Virus genome (UHGV): UHGV-1370948
DNA: 64,000 nt
Strand: one strand, 5' to 3'
DNA from: a virus
Shown: positions 48,040 to 56,861 of the stretch, in pieces
Position numbering within the stretch: position 1 is the first letter of the stretch
Layout: the number at the start of each line of letters is the position of its first letter
The notes under the pieces: generated by a model
Told to the model about the DNA's origin: nothing
The model's input: the letters and a program-made list of their open reading frames with translations, nothing else
Databases searched by the model: none
Program-made: the position numbers and the translations under genes

Positions 48040-48357
48040 ATGAAAATACCGATCATTCTTTTAGCCGTTGCGTTGGCCGGCTGTAGCACTCGACCTGTTA
48101 ACACAATCAAGTTCCCGGATCGCGCGTATCAATACGGTGTCTATGGCACTGTTCATGTGCAATACGACGTCAACAAAGACGGCCGCATAGAAAATATCGT
48201 GGTCAACGGCGACGGCGACGGCTTTTTTACAAAGCAGATCGTCAATGACATGAAGCATTGGCGGCTTGAGAAAGGCCATCCGATGAAAGCCCAGAAGCTT
48301 ACCGTAGCTTTCGAAAGAGATCGTGTTCGAGCTAAAGGTGGATTCCTTGAAAATTAA
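48040..48357 (+). CDS. lipoprotein with a TonB C-terminal-like domain
   Basis: Lipobox LAGC in MKIPIILLAVALAGCST. Body KFPDRAYQYGVYGTVHVQYDVNKDGRIENIVV...W resembles the TonB-C fold consensus. Confidence 0.5.
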   Translation: MKIPIILLAVALAGCSTRPVNTIKFPDRAYQYGVYGTVHVQYDVNKDGRIENIVVNGDGDGFFTKQIVNDMKHWRLEKGHPMKAQKLTVAFERDRVRAKGGFLEN

Positions 48358-48405
48358 ACTTCCCGGTCGTCACGGCGGCTGGCTATTAGTGGCGGAGACC
48401 CGAAA

Positions 48406-48945
48406 ATGATTAATGGAAATGTAATTCGTCAGGCAAATGACGGCGGCAATACCTGGATAGATTGCTCAGAAGAAGCCTTCAAACGAGCGAAAGAAAACGG
48501 TACGCCGGTGCGAGAAGTCCATTTGAATGACGAATCCTTCCGTGCGGCATTTGATGTCTGGCAGGATAAGACGGATTGGGTTCAGAAAGACCGGCGTTTT
48601 AATGTGTTAAAGCCTTGGGGGTGGCATCGTGCCGATGTGCTGAAGGCATTTATTGAGCATCTGGAAGAAAGCAACGCTCAGGTCATCCAGTCACGCGACC
48701 ACTACAAGCGCATGGCCGAGGAATCGCTGAAATGCGCAGCAGGTTGCCAGGTGGAAGTGGTTTCTGCGCCAGGTGGAGAGCGAGTGATTAAAGAGCCTAT
48801 GGCGAAACTACCGCCTCACATTTATCGTGAGCTGGTTTCTGAACTGACGCAGACCGCAAAGAAGCACTGCGGAACCGGTTCAATGAGAGAGGCACTGAGT
48901 TACGTGCTTTCTCGCTACGTAGAACCGGATCACTCGAAGAAATGA
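48406..48945 (+). CDS. hypothetical protein
   Basis: 179 aa ORF. Confidence 0.5.
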   Translation: MINGNVIRQANDGGNTWIDCSEEAFKRAKENGTPVREVHLNDESFRAAFDVWQDKTDWVQKDRRFNVLKPWGWHRADVLKAFIEHLEESNAQVIQSRDHYKRMAEESLKCAAGCQVEVVSAPGGERVIKEPMAKLPPHIYRELVSELTQTAKKHCGTGSMREALSYVLSRYVEPDHSKK

Positions 48946-48948
48946 ATA

Positions 48949-48970
48949 AGGGGCAAAAGCCCCTTTTTGT
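48949..48970. terminator. bidirectional rho-independent terminator between convergent genes
   Basis: aggggc-aaaa-gcccct, with a T-tract on one side and an A-tract on the other. Confidence 0.6.
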
Positions 48971-49620
48971 TAATACCCCTGGAAGTAGGCATAGGGGATT
49001 TTTAACCCCCCTCTTCCGCCAAATGATTGTGAGAAGTTTTTTTGATATTTTGACGTATACTTCACCTGGATTTCAGAGCCAGTCCATTTAATGAGAAGAC
49101 CAGAATAACCTGTCGATTCACCATCGTCAGAAATATTGCCAGGCACCATGTTCATCAAAATCCACGGATTGAAGCCCGGAGAGAAAGACACTATCTGACT
49201 ATCGACCGGCGAGTTTGCTGGTAGATCGATAAAGCCCCTGACGCGAGGCACACGACTGGCGCTTTTTGCACTCCATATCAGATCGCCGTTACCATTCATC
49301 ACATCAAGATATCCGCTCTCAACGCCAAGGTTTCGAGTTGTCCTGATGATTTGCCCGCTTCCGTTCTGAAAGCTAAAGGCGCCAGGCATGGCGAAGGCAC
49401 CGGCATTTAAACGAAACCAGTATAGGTAGCCTGGTACTGGCGTGTCTGCTGGTTTTAGAAAACCAAATGGGTATGACCCCCCGAACGGGTTGTCGATTTT
49501 GTAGTACCCGTTATCTGTCAGCCCGTCGATGTTTCTGATGTCAGAAAAGAGCGTTGTCTTGTTGTCTGAGTCTATTTGCAGCGCACCTGCGTCGTTATAG
49601 ACCTCAAATCCGTAACTCAT
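48970..49620 (-). CDS. hypothetical Gly/Asn/Ser-rich beta protein
   Basis: 216 aa. N-terminus MSYGFEVYNDAGALQID is paralogous to the upstream neighbour. Confidence 0.5.
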   Translation of the reverse strand: MSYGFEVYNDAGALQIDSDNKTTLFSDIRNIDGLTDNGYYKIDNPFGGSYPFGFLKPADTPVPGYLYWFRLNAGAFAMPGAFSFQNGSGQIIRTTRNLGVESGYLDVMNGNGDLIWSAKSASRVPRVRGFIDLPANSPVDSQIVSFSPGFNPWILMNMVPGNISDDGESTGYSGLLIKWTGSEIQVKYTSKYQKNFSQSFGGRGGLKIPYAYFQGY

Positions 49621-49629
49621 ATCTTATCC

Positions 49630-49926
49630 CTAAGCATATCGATATACTTCTACTGTGAAAGTCTGGGACGTGCCGTATCCAGACAGCGTAAATAAGGTAA
49701 ATGCATTGTCGCTTACTGCGCAAAAAGCCTCGTTAAAGGCGCTTCCATAAGAACCGGCAACAATCACAGCGTAGGCGTTGCTGGCGTTGATACCCGAAAC
49801 GCCTTGAGTAACTGAATTGCCACCGCCTGTTCCCACATTGTAAGTCCCTATGTACCTGCAGTTATAATCACTGGTATCGACAACAAGGTTCCCATTTTCG
49901 TCCCAGCATTGAAGCCCGAATCCCAT
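49630..49926 (-). CDS. hypothetical Gly-rich protein, N-terminal paralog of the downstream gene
   Basis: 98 aa. N-terminus MGFGLQCWDENGNLVVD. Confidence 0.5.
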   Translation of the reverse strand: MGFGLQCWDENGNLVVDTSDYNCRYIGTYNVGTGGGNSVTQGVSGINASNAYAVIVAGSYGSAFNEAFCAVSDNAFTLFTLSGYGTSQTFTVEVYRYA

Positions 49927-50018
49927 AGCTAAATCCTTTGCAATGACCCGGTTTCAGTTCCTAAATTTTACAACCTAATAAAATAACCAAACAACTTGTT
50001 TTCTGCCTTTTTATACGT

Positions 50019-50318
50019 GTGATAATAAGTGAAACAAGAAAACAATTGGGCCAAGACATGATTTTCAGACAGCGTCACTATCTCTTTATCCGCGAGCACT
50101 ACAAACACGACCGCTTCGAGGGGCGCAACGATGCCACTTGGGGGCGCGACTACTCTTATCGCGTGGCCCAGAGCGGTCTGGACTCACTAGCGAAGTATGG
50201 CTACAGCCTCATCTCGCAGCATGAATCGAAAACTGGCGAAGCAGTGTATTACGATCGCAACCTGAATATCCTGACCGGCGACCAGATTAAGGTCGCTCTC
50301 AGAGGGGAACTGGTATGA
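50019..50318 (+). CDS. hypothetical protein, translationally coupled to the downstream HD hydrolase
   Basis: 99 aa. ATGA overlap with the next gene. Confidence 0.45.
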   Translation: MIISETRKQLGQDMIFRQRHYLFIREHYKHDRFEGRNDATWGRDYSYRVAQSGLDSLAKYGYSLISQHESKTGEAVYYDRNLNILTGDQIKVALRGELV

Positions 50319-50953
50319 ATATTATCGACAAGGCGCACATGTTTGCAGCCGGCGCCCATGCTGGCGTAGGTCAAAAGCGGAAGTATACCGGCGAGGACTA
50401 CATTCACCACCCGGTTGCCGTTGCGGAGATTGTGCGGAATCACGGTGGCACTGATGAAATGGTTGCGGCGGCGATGCTGCATGACACCATTGAAGATACT
50501 CAGGTGACGTTCGGCCACATCTTCAGTCTGTTTGGGGACCGCGTCGCCGAGATGGTCGATGCGATCAGCAATAAAGCACTGCCTGAAGACGGAAATCGCG
50601 AGACGCGCTTCTTCATTAACGTGAAAGCCCTGCGTGAGCGTCTGGACATGCAGAGCCGCGTCATTAAGTTGGCTGACCTGATTCATAACACTCAGTCTAT
50701 CACCAGGCACGACCAGGAATTTGCAGCGCAGTACCTTGCTGAAAAGGCTTTTAAGCTGCGTGTGCTGTTCACCGACGCTGAGATTGGTGTGTCGGGCGAA
50801 GAGATAGAGTCCAGAACCGGCGACCACCCTCTTTTGATTGAAGCGGAGAAGATGGTTGCCACGGCGCTTTCTCAGCTTCCCGACGAGCTATTCCTCAAAT
50901 CAGATCGAATTAATGCCGAACTGATGGAGAAGTGGGAAAAGACGGAAGCCTGA
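50315..50953 (+). CDS. HD-domain (p)ppGpp hydrolase-like protein (SpoT/Mesh1-type small alarmone hydrolase)
   Basis: HHPVAVAEIV...AAAMLHDTIEDT...LFGDRVAEMVDAIS...KLADLIHN aligns motif by motif with the SpoT hydrolase domain. Confidence 0.75.
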   Translation: MNIIDKAHMFAAGAHAGVGQKRKYTGEDYIHHPVAVAEIVRNHGGTDEMVAAAMLHDTIEDTQVTFGHIFSLFGDRVAEMVDAISNKALPEDGNRETRFFINVKALRERLDMQSRVIKLADLIHNTQSITRHDQEFAAQYLAEKAFKLRVLFTDAEIGVSGEEIESRTGDHPLLIEAEKMVATALSQLPDELFLKSDRINAELMEKWEKTEA

Positions 50954-50966
50954 CACTATCAACCGA

Positions 50967-50990
50967 AGACCGCCGTCGCGGTCTTTTCTT
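50967..50990 (+). terminator. rho-independent terminator
   Basis: agaccgc-cgtc-gcggtct followed by tttctt. Confidence 0.5.
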
Positions 50991-51073
50991 AATGCCTTAA
51001 ACAATTTGTTTTTTGCCTTATCTGGTGTGAAATAATATCAACAATAAGAAAACAAATTGTTTAGGAGTTAACT

Positions 51074-52738
51074 ATGTCGACCGCCATTTCAATCATCAAC
51101 AACACAGCTGGCGCCGTGGATTTCCGCAAGGAAATGAACGTCATTCATGACATCGTGGCGGAGTGCGAAAGCGAGATCGCCTTGATGAATCAGGTGCATG
51201 ATTTCGTTTATTCCGGCTCGCGCGTGTCGATGATCAACCGCCTGCAGGAATTGAGCCGCAGACCGAACGATGAGAATCTCCGCAGCGTGCCGAAGTTGAG
51301 CGCAGTTGATTTGGATTTCGTAAAGCAAAACATCTGGGCGGAATACTGGCGCAAGGTTACTGATATGACCGGTGCTCTTCTCATCATGCCAGCTGAGCGC
51401 CGCGACCAGTGGCGTGCCCAGTTCACGCTAGGCGTCCAGAAGACCGTTAAAAAAGATTTTGGCGGATTTGAGCGCCGCGTTGACGAGTTCGTTGGCGTGC
51501 CAGAGTTCACGGCCGAAACAGTTATCCCGACGATGACCTCGCTACTGAATGACCGTCATAAGTATCTGGCTGAGCGCGTATATGGCTTGTTCAAGGCACT
51601 GAGTCCTACGCACAAAACCAACAAAACATACGGCTTCAGTGAAAAGTTGATCATCGCGAACTGCATTACCGATTTCTGGAACCGGAGCGTCTCGGTTAAT
51701 TACCACAAGTCGGACATCATCGACGACCTGCGCGTACTACTGCACTTCTTTGCGCACAAAGAGTTTATCACCATCAATCCCTGCGCCGAGGCACTGTCAG
51801 CCGCATACAGAACGCATAACTGTGAAACCGGTGAATGGATGAACATCGACGGTAACTTACTGCGCGTGAAGATTTTCAAAAACGGTAACGCCCATTTTGA
51901 GATCCACCCCGACGTCGCCTGGAAGCTTAACGAGGTACTGGCACACAGTATGCCTGCAGCTATCCCGGCACCATGTCGAAAGGCACCAACAACAAAGGCG
52001 CCAAAAGAGTTCGGTTACATCCAGAAGACCGTATCTGAAAGAACCAGAGGTGTTATTCGCGATCGCCGCCATAGTAAAGACAATACGTGGTACTTCCCGG
52101 ACTCGTCACTGCAAAAGGCTCAAATAGAAGACCTTGAGCGCACGCTGAGATTTATCGGTGGCGTGAAGGAGCGAGGCAGTTGGCTGTTCCCGTATGAGCC
52201 AACCGCAACATTCGACAGCATCGTGTCCATGGGCCTCATTCCAGAGGTTAAGTCACACCAGTTCTACCCAACACCGGCATCCATTGCTCAGTACGTCGCG
52301 CAGATCCTGAAATGCACGCCAACTGACCGAGTGCTGGAACCATCCGCGGGTCGTGGTGATTTGCTGGCATTCCTCAATGCGACGCCGGAGAACGTGACCT
52401 GCGTGGAAATATCGCCACTGTTTTGTGACATCCTGTCTGCAAAGGGGTACGACGTTCATAACAAAGACTTTATCGACTGGTCGAAGCAGCTGCCTTATGA
52501 CTACGACAAGATCGCAATCAACCCACCGTATTCAGAAGGTCGAGCAAAAGAGCACACGCTCACGGCACTAAATCATCTCAGCGAAGATGGGATGATGGCG
52601 GCAGTCCTGCCAGCCGGGTACAAGCCGGAAGAATGGATAGGCAATCAGTTCGTATGTGCTAAATCAGGCCGAGAGTTCTCAGGTGAGTTTGAGGACACCG
52701 GCATCACAGTCGCAGTATTCGTTTTCAAAAGAGCATAG
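51074..52738 (+). CDS. N6-adenine DNA methyltransferase (gamma-class C-terminal domain) fused to an unknown 350-aa N-terminal domain
   Basis: C-terminal FYPTP...VLEPSAGRGDLL (motif I) followed by INPPYS (motif IV). N-terminal 350 aa not recognisable. Confidence 0.65.
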   Translation: MSTAISIINNTAGAVDFRKEMNVIHDIVAECESEIALMNQVHDFVYSGSRVSMINRLQELSRRPNDENLRSVPKLSAVDLDFVKQNIWAEYWRKVTDMTGALLIMPAERRDQWRAQFTLGVQKTVKKDFGGFERRVDEFVGVPEFTAETVIPTMTSLLNDRHKYLAERVYGLFKALSPTHKTNKTYGFSEKLIIANCITDFWNRSVSVNYHKSDIIDDLRVLLHFFAHKEFITINPCAEALSAAYRTHNCETGEWMNIDGNLLRVKIFKNGNAHFEIHPDVAWKLNEVLAHSMPAAIPAPCRKAPTTKAPKEFGYIQKTVSERTRGVIRDRRHSKDNTWYFPDSSLQKAQIEDLERTLRFIGGVKERGSWLFPYEPTATFDSIVSMGLIPEVKSHQFYPTPASIAQYVAQILKCTPTDRVLEPSAGRGDLLAFLNATPENVTCVEISPLFCDILSAKGYDVHNKDFIDWSKQLPYDYDKIAINPPYSEGRAKEHTLTALNHLSEDGMMAAVLPAGYKPEEWIGNQFVCAKSGREFSGEFEDTGITVAVFVFKRA

Positions 52739-52746
52739 AGGCGCAG

Positions 52747-52926
52747 ATGATTGAGTTAACGCTGAAGGAGTACAACGCCATCCACACAGACTATCGGGGC
52801 GTATGGTCAACGGAGCGAACCGACTGGCCCGATTGGGAAAGCGTGAGAGAGAAATTCATGGGCAAACGAACCATGATGAAGCACGGTGGTCTGTTGATTG
52901 AAGATCTTCACTTTCGTATTGTTTAG
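52747..52926 (+). CDS. hypothetical small protein (59 aa)
   Basis: Hand-translated ORF MIELTLKEYNAIHTDYRGVW.... Start overlaps the MTase stop region. Confidence 0.25.
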   Translation: MIELTLKEYNAIHTDYRGVWSTERTDWPDWESVREKFMGKRTMMKHGGLLIEDLHFRIV

Positions 52927-52967
52927 AATGAAACGGCTTGTAAAAAATCCACTAATCAGAGATTGAA

Positions 52968-53579
52968 ATGAAAATTAAAAACATTGGCATCGTTGCAATA
53001 CTTTTTCTGGCTTCAGGTTGTAATGATGTAGCCGTTAAACCATATGAAATGGTGCTCAACAAAACACCATCTCAGGTGGATATGGCAGGTTATACGATGG
53101 TTGATCAGGACGGGGAGGCAACGGACAAACCAATCAAAGCCAAGGATCGTTTTTCTCAGTATCTATACGCACCATCAGAATACGTAGGCAAAGCCCTCAA
53201 GGAAGAGAAAGACGCAGATTTAGTCATCTTTGGCACATTAGACGGGAAAATTGCGTTCTCCATCGTCAATGTGAGTGTGAATGAGATGAAGACGGTGCAG
53301 GATGTGCTGAAGAGTAAATATGGCCCAGCTCAGGCGACTCGCGCTGGCGTGAGAGATCAAGCCGCTTTCGAGTCAAGTCCAGGCTTCTGCAAAGCGTACA
53401 ATCCAGAAGCAGGGTTAGAACAGAACCACTGCCCTATGGACTATTACGAAATTTACGGCAATGTAGATGAGGCATATATGCTGGTTAAGACTAAGAGCAT
53501 CTACGCTAACGGCCCTGAGAAGTTGACAGTGGTAGGAATAACCAGAGACGCAAAAAACTACGAGGACAGCGTTAAGTAA
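52968..53579 (+). CDS. hypothetical lipoprotein
   Basis: MKIKNIGIVAILFLASGCND lipobox. Confidence 0.5.
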   Translation: MKIKNIGIVAILFLASGCNDVAVKPYEMVLNKTPSQVDMAGYTMVDQDGEATDKPIKAKDRFSQYLYAPSEYVGKALKEEKDADLVIFGTLDGKIAFSIVNVSVNEMKTVQDVLKSKYGPAQATRAGVRDQAAFESSPGFCKAYNPEAGLEQNHCPMDYYEIYGNVDEAYMLVKTKSIYANGPEKLTVVGITRDAKNYEDSVK

Positions 53580-53652
53580 TCACCTTAAACAATTTGTTTT
53601 CTACCTTTTCTGGTTTGTGATAATAACGTCAACCAGAAAAGGAGAACCCAAC

Positions 53653-53880
53653 ATGACCCCTTCCAACACATACCTGACAGTCAGCTTGACCCACCCAGAA
53701 AAAGTAACCTCAGAGAACCTCGCTGAACTTTACCGTGACTGGATGAACAACTACCTTTCCGTCTCCGCGTTCGCAGAGGATTACGGCATCACAGTGCCAC
53801 AGGCGGAGATGACCATCGCAAAAGGTCGCATGGTTCACGAAGCAGCCGCCGAGTGGTTGAAAGAGTTCAACAAAGCCTAA
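53653..53880 (+). CDS. hypothetical protein
   Basis: AAGGAG RBS 7 nt upstream of the ATG. About 75 aa. A promoter motif lies at 53587. Confidence 0.4.
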   Translation: MTPSNTYLTVSLTHPEKVTSENLAELYRDWMNNYLSVSAFAEDYGITVPQAEMTIAKGRMVHEAAAEWLKEFNKA

Positions 53881-53950
53881 AACAACTTGTTTTCTGCCTA
53901 TAGCAAGTTCAGATAATAAAACCATTAAGAAAACAACAAAGAGAAAACAC

Positions 53951-54271
53951 ATGAGCCTGAATATCACTGAGTCATATAAAGTCGCCGTTATCAGCACCGC
54001 CCATGTCACCCAGGCTGATTCCGAGATACTGCCTCAAATCTCCTTCGACCCGATTACTGATCGCGGCCACAACTGGATTCACGGCACTGAGTATGGCTGG
54101 ATTGTTCGTGCCGGGCTTCATGCTGAGGCATGGAAGGAGTCTTTACGTGAAGCGGGGATCAGCTGGTCGGCGATCGAGAACATCGAGAAAGTCTTGGGCG
54201 CTGGTTTTGAGGTCGTGCATTTTGACTGCGACGCAGATACGATTGACGGCTTGCAAGTTTGGGATTGGTAA
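53951..54271 (+). CDS. hypothetical protein
   Basis: 106 aa. Consensus RBS agagaaaacac-ATG. Confidence 0.45.
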   Translation: MSLNITESYKVAVISTAHVTQADSEILPQISFDPITDRGHNWIHGTEYGWIVRAGLHAEAWKESLREAGISWSAIENIEKVLGAGFEVVHFDCDADTIDGLQVWDW

Positions 54272-54273
54272 CT

Positions 54274-54450
54274 ATGCCTGAAGATGTAGTGAATGACTGT
54301 CTGGTCGAACTGGACAGAGAGATTACCCCGGAGATCATCGCCAAGATTGTACAGATGCTGCCGTCCGACATAACCCACCTCGCTGAAGAGTGGGGGTGGA
54401 ACGACACTGAGGTTGGGGATAAGGTTTACACGTTCATCAAGTCGCACTAA
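54274..54450 (+). CDS. hypothetical small protein
   Basis: About 58 aa in the ORF-track frame starting at an internal ATG. Confidence 0.3.
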   Translation: MPEDVVNDCLVELDREITPEIIAKIVQMLPSDITHLAEEWGWNDTEVGDKVYTFIKSH

Positions 54451-54461
54451 TGGAGATAGTA

Positions 54462-54773
54462 ATGAAGAAAGTAGGCATTCTCGTTTTAGCACTTATGGCA
54501 AGTTTCGGTGCTTCAGCTAAACCTCTTACGGAAGCCGGTTTGAAAAAACATGCTGAGAACGTTTGTGGAATGAGAGATACATTGGATCTAAAAGTACCTT
54601 TCGATAACAAAGCTCCAACTGAGCCATTGAACACTGTAAACCGTGGTGTTGTTCATGCTGCCAGAGATGCTGCTCAAGTAAACAAAAAGGTCATTAACGG
54701 GAGTCTTTCTGACTGCCAGGACATCGTTGCAAAGCAATACAGTTCTGACGAGAAAAAATACGCCGCTGATTGA
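54462..54773 (+). CDS. hypothetical secreted protein
   Basis: GGAGAT RBS. Signal peptide MKKVGILVLALMASFGASA. Confidence 0.45.
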   Translation: MKKVGILVLALMASFGASAKPLTEAGLKKHAENVCGMRDTLDLKVPFDNKAPTEPLNTVNRGVVHAARDAAQVNKKVINGSLSDCQDIVAKQYSSDEKKYAAD

Positions 54774-55689
54774 CCTTTCACTGACGTAAACAGTCAACCT
54801 CTTGCAGTTTCTATAAGGAGAGGTTGATCATCACTTTCCCACCTAATCAACCACTCACCAACCCGCCACACCGCTATAAACAAGGCAATAACACACACAA
54901 GAAAACAACTTGTTTGCAGATCAACGTAACGTCAAACCAAAACCACTTTTTTCCCTCATTTTTTGACATTTCGCCATCGCCACTCTTACACCGCCAGAAT
55001 CCCCACCAGAACGCACAGGTTTCGATTAAACAGGAAAAGCCACACCAACACCCAATCACAAAACAGAATCGTTTAAAACGCGTTACAGAGCGTTTAAGAG
55101 GATAAGCCAATCAGCTCGAAAATCGAGAGAAGAACCACCAACAACACATTCAGGCAAAACCTTTTATCATAACCGAAAGAGCGGAACCGGCATACCACCA
55201 ACCAGAGGAAGTGAGGCTCAAAAATTCCCAAGAACACCACTCGACTTATCGCAGGCATTGAGACACCCGCCAAACCCCAACAGGCACGAAAACACCATCC
55301 AGCTTTCCCCAGGCACACGAGAGAAACGATGAAGAGATAATCCCATACCTGCCATTCCTCGATAGCAGAGCAACCTCAAATTCCCAGAATTGCGGAAAGC
55401 AGTCAGGACAAGGCTTAAAGCTACATTCACCCAGATAACAACTTGTTTAAGCGCACAAGAAAACAAACAGTCGGCTACCTGCCATCTCCCAGAACAAAAC
55501 GACGAAACAATCACTTCGCCTATATGCCATTACCCAAGGTAAAACGAATCCCGGATAAGAGAACAACCCAGAGGAAAACCACCAGGAAAGAACAACCACA
55601 TCACAGGAAGCGATAGAAGGAAATCCCGTAGAGAAGAACACTCCCAGATACACACTCACTATAGGAACGATAGAGAAGGTCAGAAGAAA

Positions 55690-55763
55690 TTTGGGAAGAT
55701 ACCCAGAACAGTTTGGGAACAGGAAAGGGACAGTTTGGGAAGGTCATTTACCGTTTTGGGAAG
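55690..55763. repeat. four direct repeats TTTGGGAAG/C with 21-23-bp phasing
   Basis: Direct read. Copies at 55690, 55713, 55734 and 55755. Confidence 0.7.
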
Positions 55764-55940
55764 GTAGCGTTAAGGGAGTTCTGGGGTATTGGGATTAAGG
55801 CGTTATAGAGGGAAGAGGTTTGGGCGTTTAGGCGTTTGTGTAAGTAGGGTCAGAAAAAAAGTCGCGCTTCCGTTTTCGTAGAAATTCAAGCTGTGATTTT
55901 CCAGCCCTGCAAAAACGTTGGCGCCGTCCAGTCACCCTAC

Positions 55941-56027
55941 GGTCAGAAAACGGGTCGGTAGCCTTTTAGCCGCGGTAAAACGGGGAACGGCCAGATACAG
56001 CCTACGGTCGGGAAACGGGGAGGTTGC
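55941..56027. repeat. three roughly 22-nt direct repeats GGTCAGAAAACGGGTCGGTAGCC / CGGTAAAACGGGGAACGGCC / GGTCGGGAAACGGGGAGGTTGCC at about 32-bp spacing
   Basis: Direct read. A fourth, degenerate copy lies at about 56150 (ctgtcagaaaatcgacgggtgtc). Confidence 0.6.
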
Positions 56028-56281
56028 CGTGTAGATGAGGCAGCTTAATGGAAGGTTAGCCGAGTGGCCGCGGGAGTTGGGAGGCTGGTGGCATGAGGCG
56101 ACCCAGGCATAGGTCCGTATAAATACGGTCACACCACCAGCGAGATTCATTCTGTCAGAAAATCGACGGGTGTCAATGAGTTAAGTCCGGCCATTTTATC
56201 GTGTTCCCCTTTCTAATGTGCTTTTTCGCCGCTGTGTTATTGCGATAATAACCAGCATAAGAAAACAACGGAGTAAAGCAC

Positions 56282-56491
56282 ATGTACAAGCATTTAAATA
56301 TCAGCATCACACTTCAAGGCGTGGACACTGATGAGATTTCTTTGGATGACGTTATTCGCTCTGAGGATGTAGCGGGGCGCATTGGTTCACTAATTGGCGA
56401 AGGATATCGCGAAGGCTCGTTTGACTTCTCTATCTCTGACGAACCACTGTCAGTGGCCTGGAATTGCACCACGACGGAGACACCTGAATGA
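56282..56491 (+). CDS. hypothetical protein
   Basis: 69 aa. RBS gagtaaagcac-ATG. Overlaps the next gene. Confidence 0.4.
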   Translation: MYKHLNISITLQGVDTDEISLDDVIRSEDVAGRIGSLIGEGYREGSFDFSISDEPLSVAWNCTTTETPE

Positions 56492-56856
56492 GTCTGGAAA
56501 TTAAACCCCTGCTGGAGCCAACGAAGGCTGTGATGGGCGCCTGTAACGATTTGCGGTTCGTGTTTCCGTATACCGGCAATCTGACGGCGGAGAAGAAGAC
56601 GGAGATGGCCCGTAAACTCTGTGGCTGGTGGAATAGTGACGCCGGGTGGGAAGCGCTGAAAAAGAACGGCCGCTTTCGAACGGACATTCGCCTTGATATG
56701 GCTAATAGCCTGTCTTTCTTCGATCGCTTCTGTGGCCGGTACAAATCTGTTGAGGCGAAGATTATGGTCATGACGACCGGCGAAGAGATGGTGAGCTATA
56801 CCGGCGACAACTGCGGCGGAAGCAATCACCTGCATAACTTTGTGATTATCAGGTAA
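56488..56856 (+). CDS. hypothetical protein
   Basis: 122 aa. Translationally coupled to the upstream gene. Confidence 0.45.
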   Translation: MSLEIKPLLEPTKAVMGACNDLRFVFPYTGNLTAEKKTEMARKLCGWWNSDAGWEALKKNGRFRTDIRLDMANSLSFFDRFCGRYKSVEAKIMVMTTGEEMVSYTGDNCGGSNHLHNFVIIR

Positions 56857-56861
56857 GACAT

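Larger units (their letters stand above)
54795..56280. other. 1.5-kb ORF-poor region with extreme strand compositional skew and several phased direct-repeat families
   Basis: No ORF of 100 aa or more on either strand. The top strand is almost purely A+C for about 850 nt, then switches to A+G-rich. Contains two copies of the promoter-associated palindrome (54903, 55435) and the repeats listed separately below. Confidence 0.6.
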
